Below are positions 62,396 through 64,000 of a stretch of DNA of 64,000 nt, one piece after another; the first letter of the stretch is position 1; each line of letters starts with the position of its first letter. The stretch lies in the NCBI GenBank assembly GCA_043228905.1, contig JBHGNT010000003.1, positions 23,312,001 through 23,376,000 on the forward strand. Direction: 5' to 3'. Below the pieces are notes generated by a model, which was not told where the DNA came from, made no database searches, and saw nothing but the letters and a program-made list of their open reading frames with translations. The DNA is from Azolla caroliniana. Taxonomy: Eukaryota; Plantae; Polypodiophyta. The position numbers and the translations under genes are program-made.

Positions 62396-64000
62396 CTCAT
62401 CCTCGGCTCAACACCCAATCGATATACACACATGCATAAATGCAAACACACCCACTATTGGACTTCCGCACACGGATGATAAAAAATGATCCATACTAAT
62501 AATGTAGAAAGATCAGACACAGTCCTGCACATGCGCATACATACTCGCATGGGAACGCCCATTTGTCTGCTTGTGCACCTTTATGGAACGAGAGCGATGG
62601 CTTCACATGTGGGAAACACAATGGGAGTACGAAATCAGATCATAGGACTTTATTATGTATCAATCTTAAATGTGTGCAATGCGTTCGAGCATATAAAGTT
62701 AAAACCGCGGTGCGAGACAACCATGTTTGCGCACTGACTTTTGAGAAGCGCACATGTGTATGCACCAAGACGATTTTGAGGATATGTTACAAAATACGAA
62801 AGCTCCAAAATGATGCGGAACGAGAGAGTGCAAGTGTGAAGCTTTCAAGCAAGTTGGCATTTGCCCATACATAGATGGAAATGCCTTTTCCACCGTGAAG
62901 CACGTCTCACAAAGGCACCAATAAACAACATAATTCAAAGAAAAATAAATTGTTTTGATAATGTATGTCGAGAATCTCCTAAAGTACATTATGAGTTTAG
63001 TTATTCACATGTCTCACAAAGGCACCAATAAACATCCCTAAGAGGAAAAATGTTAAATGTTTTCATAATGAATGTAAAGAATCCCTTAAAGTACATGATG
63101 ACCTAAATATAAGGAAATCCATCAAATATTTTTAGATGCATACAAAGAATGGACTCACAGAAAAAGGAGAATATGGGAAAGTTAATCAAGAATTTCTCTC
63201 AAACCCAAGAGAAAGCACATGCATGTGGTAAATTTTGGAGAACATAAAAGGGAAATTGCCCCAACATCAATGGTAACTTACCTCTATGATGTTGTATATG
63301 AATGTGAGAACCTCTATGGGCACATAATTCTTAGAAAAATGTGGCGGTGTTCTCTTTCATATACATATACCTTTTTCTTTGCTCTTCACAATATGAGCAG
63401 AAATCTTCAAAGTATCATCTCAATTCTCAAACAATCAAATGGACATGAAAGAAAATTATTCTTGGATAAATGATGATTTTAATTGTGCACTACAACATGC
63501 ATACCTTATTATTGAGTACAAATCAGATCAAACCTTCACATAAAGTTGCAAATATAAATAATGAAAAGAAAAAGAAGATTTGCAGGATGAATAGTTGGTT
63601 CTCTAATTGCAAAGTTTATTTGAATATATAAACTGATGTGTTAATAGATTGAAAAGACAATATACGACCAATTAGGTTTTCTTGAATGCATCATTAAACC
63701 ATTGATCGGAGGGGAATCCTTTTATTGTTGCCTCGTACATTTCAAAATTTCATTTGATACAATGTAGAGGTGGCGCTTCGTATGTATTCTTCATGAACAA
63801 GTCTCAAGCCTCTATGTGAGTGGAGGTGATGAGGATTTCAAGATTGAGATGGAAAGGATAATTAAGCGATAAGTCTCAAACCAACGGCCTTTAGGCCAGA
63901 ATACATTACCTTCACCGAAATCACCACACATTGAATACAAAATTAAACATGGCACAACTTTCATTATTCAGATATATAATTACAATTGTTCCGCTTTTTT

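Noticed and set aside
60400-63100. Several short imperfect duplications
   Set aside because: Ordinary intron/upstream slippage repeats with no TIR, TSD or coding signal

Overview
AT-rich, microsatellite-rich eukaryotic plant DNA. The TE lineages and gene content suggest a moss such as Physcomitrium (inference). 1-11 kb holds small insertions with readable target-site duplications (TSDs): an hAT MITE, a 5'-truncated LINE, a Mutator MITE, a pogo/Tc1-like element and a solo LTR. 11.0-47.1 kb is a nest of about 15 LTR-retrotransposon insertions (Tork-like and other Copia, Phygy-like Gypsy, solo LTRs) inside one old chromovirus. It includes one intact, very young Tcn1-like chromovirus at 23630-29369. 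After the nest come an intronless secreted LRR-only gene and a 3-coding-exon minus-strand gene of an uncharacterised plant family (CPKPRR / GSPP.R / VRIEGF). Most notable signals: (1) an antisense tRNA-like A/B-box cassette at the U3 tip of both chromovirus LTR families; (2) Tf1-style self-priming with covarying primer/PBS pairs; (3) a GUUAAAC plus pseudoknot -1 frameshift signal; (4) CG-centred 4-bp target sites for the Phygy-like LTR family. All calls are from reading the sequence; no database searches were run.
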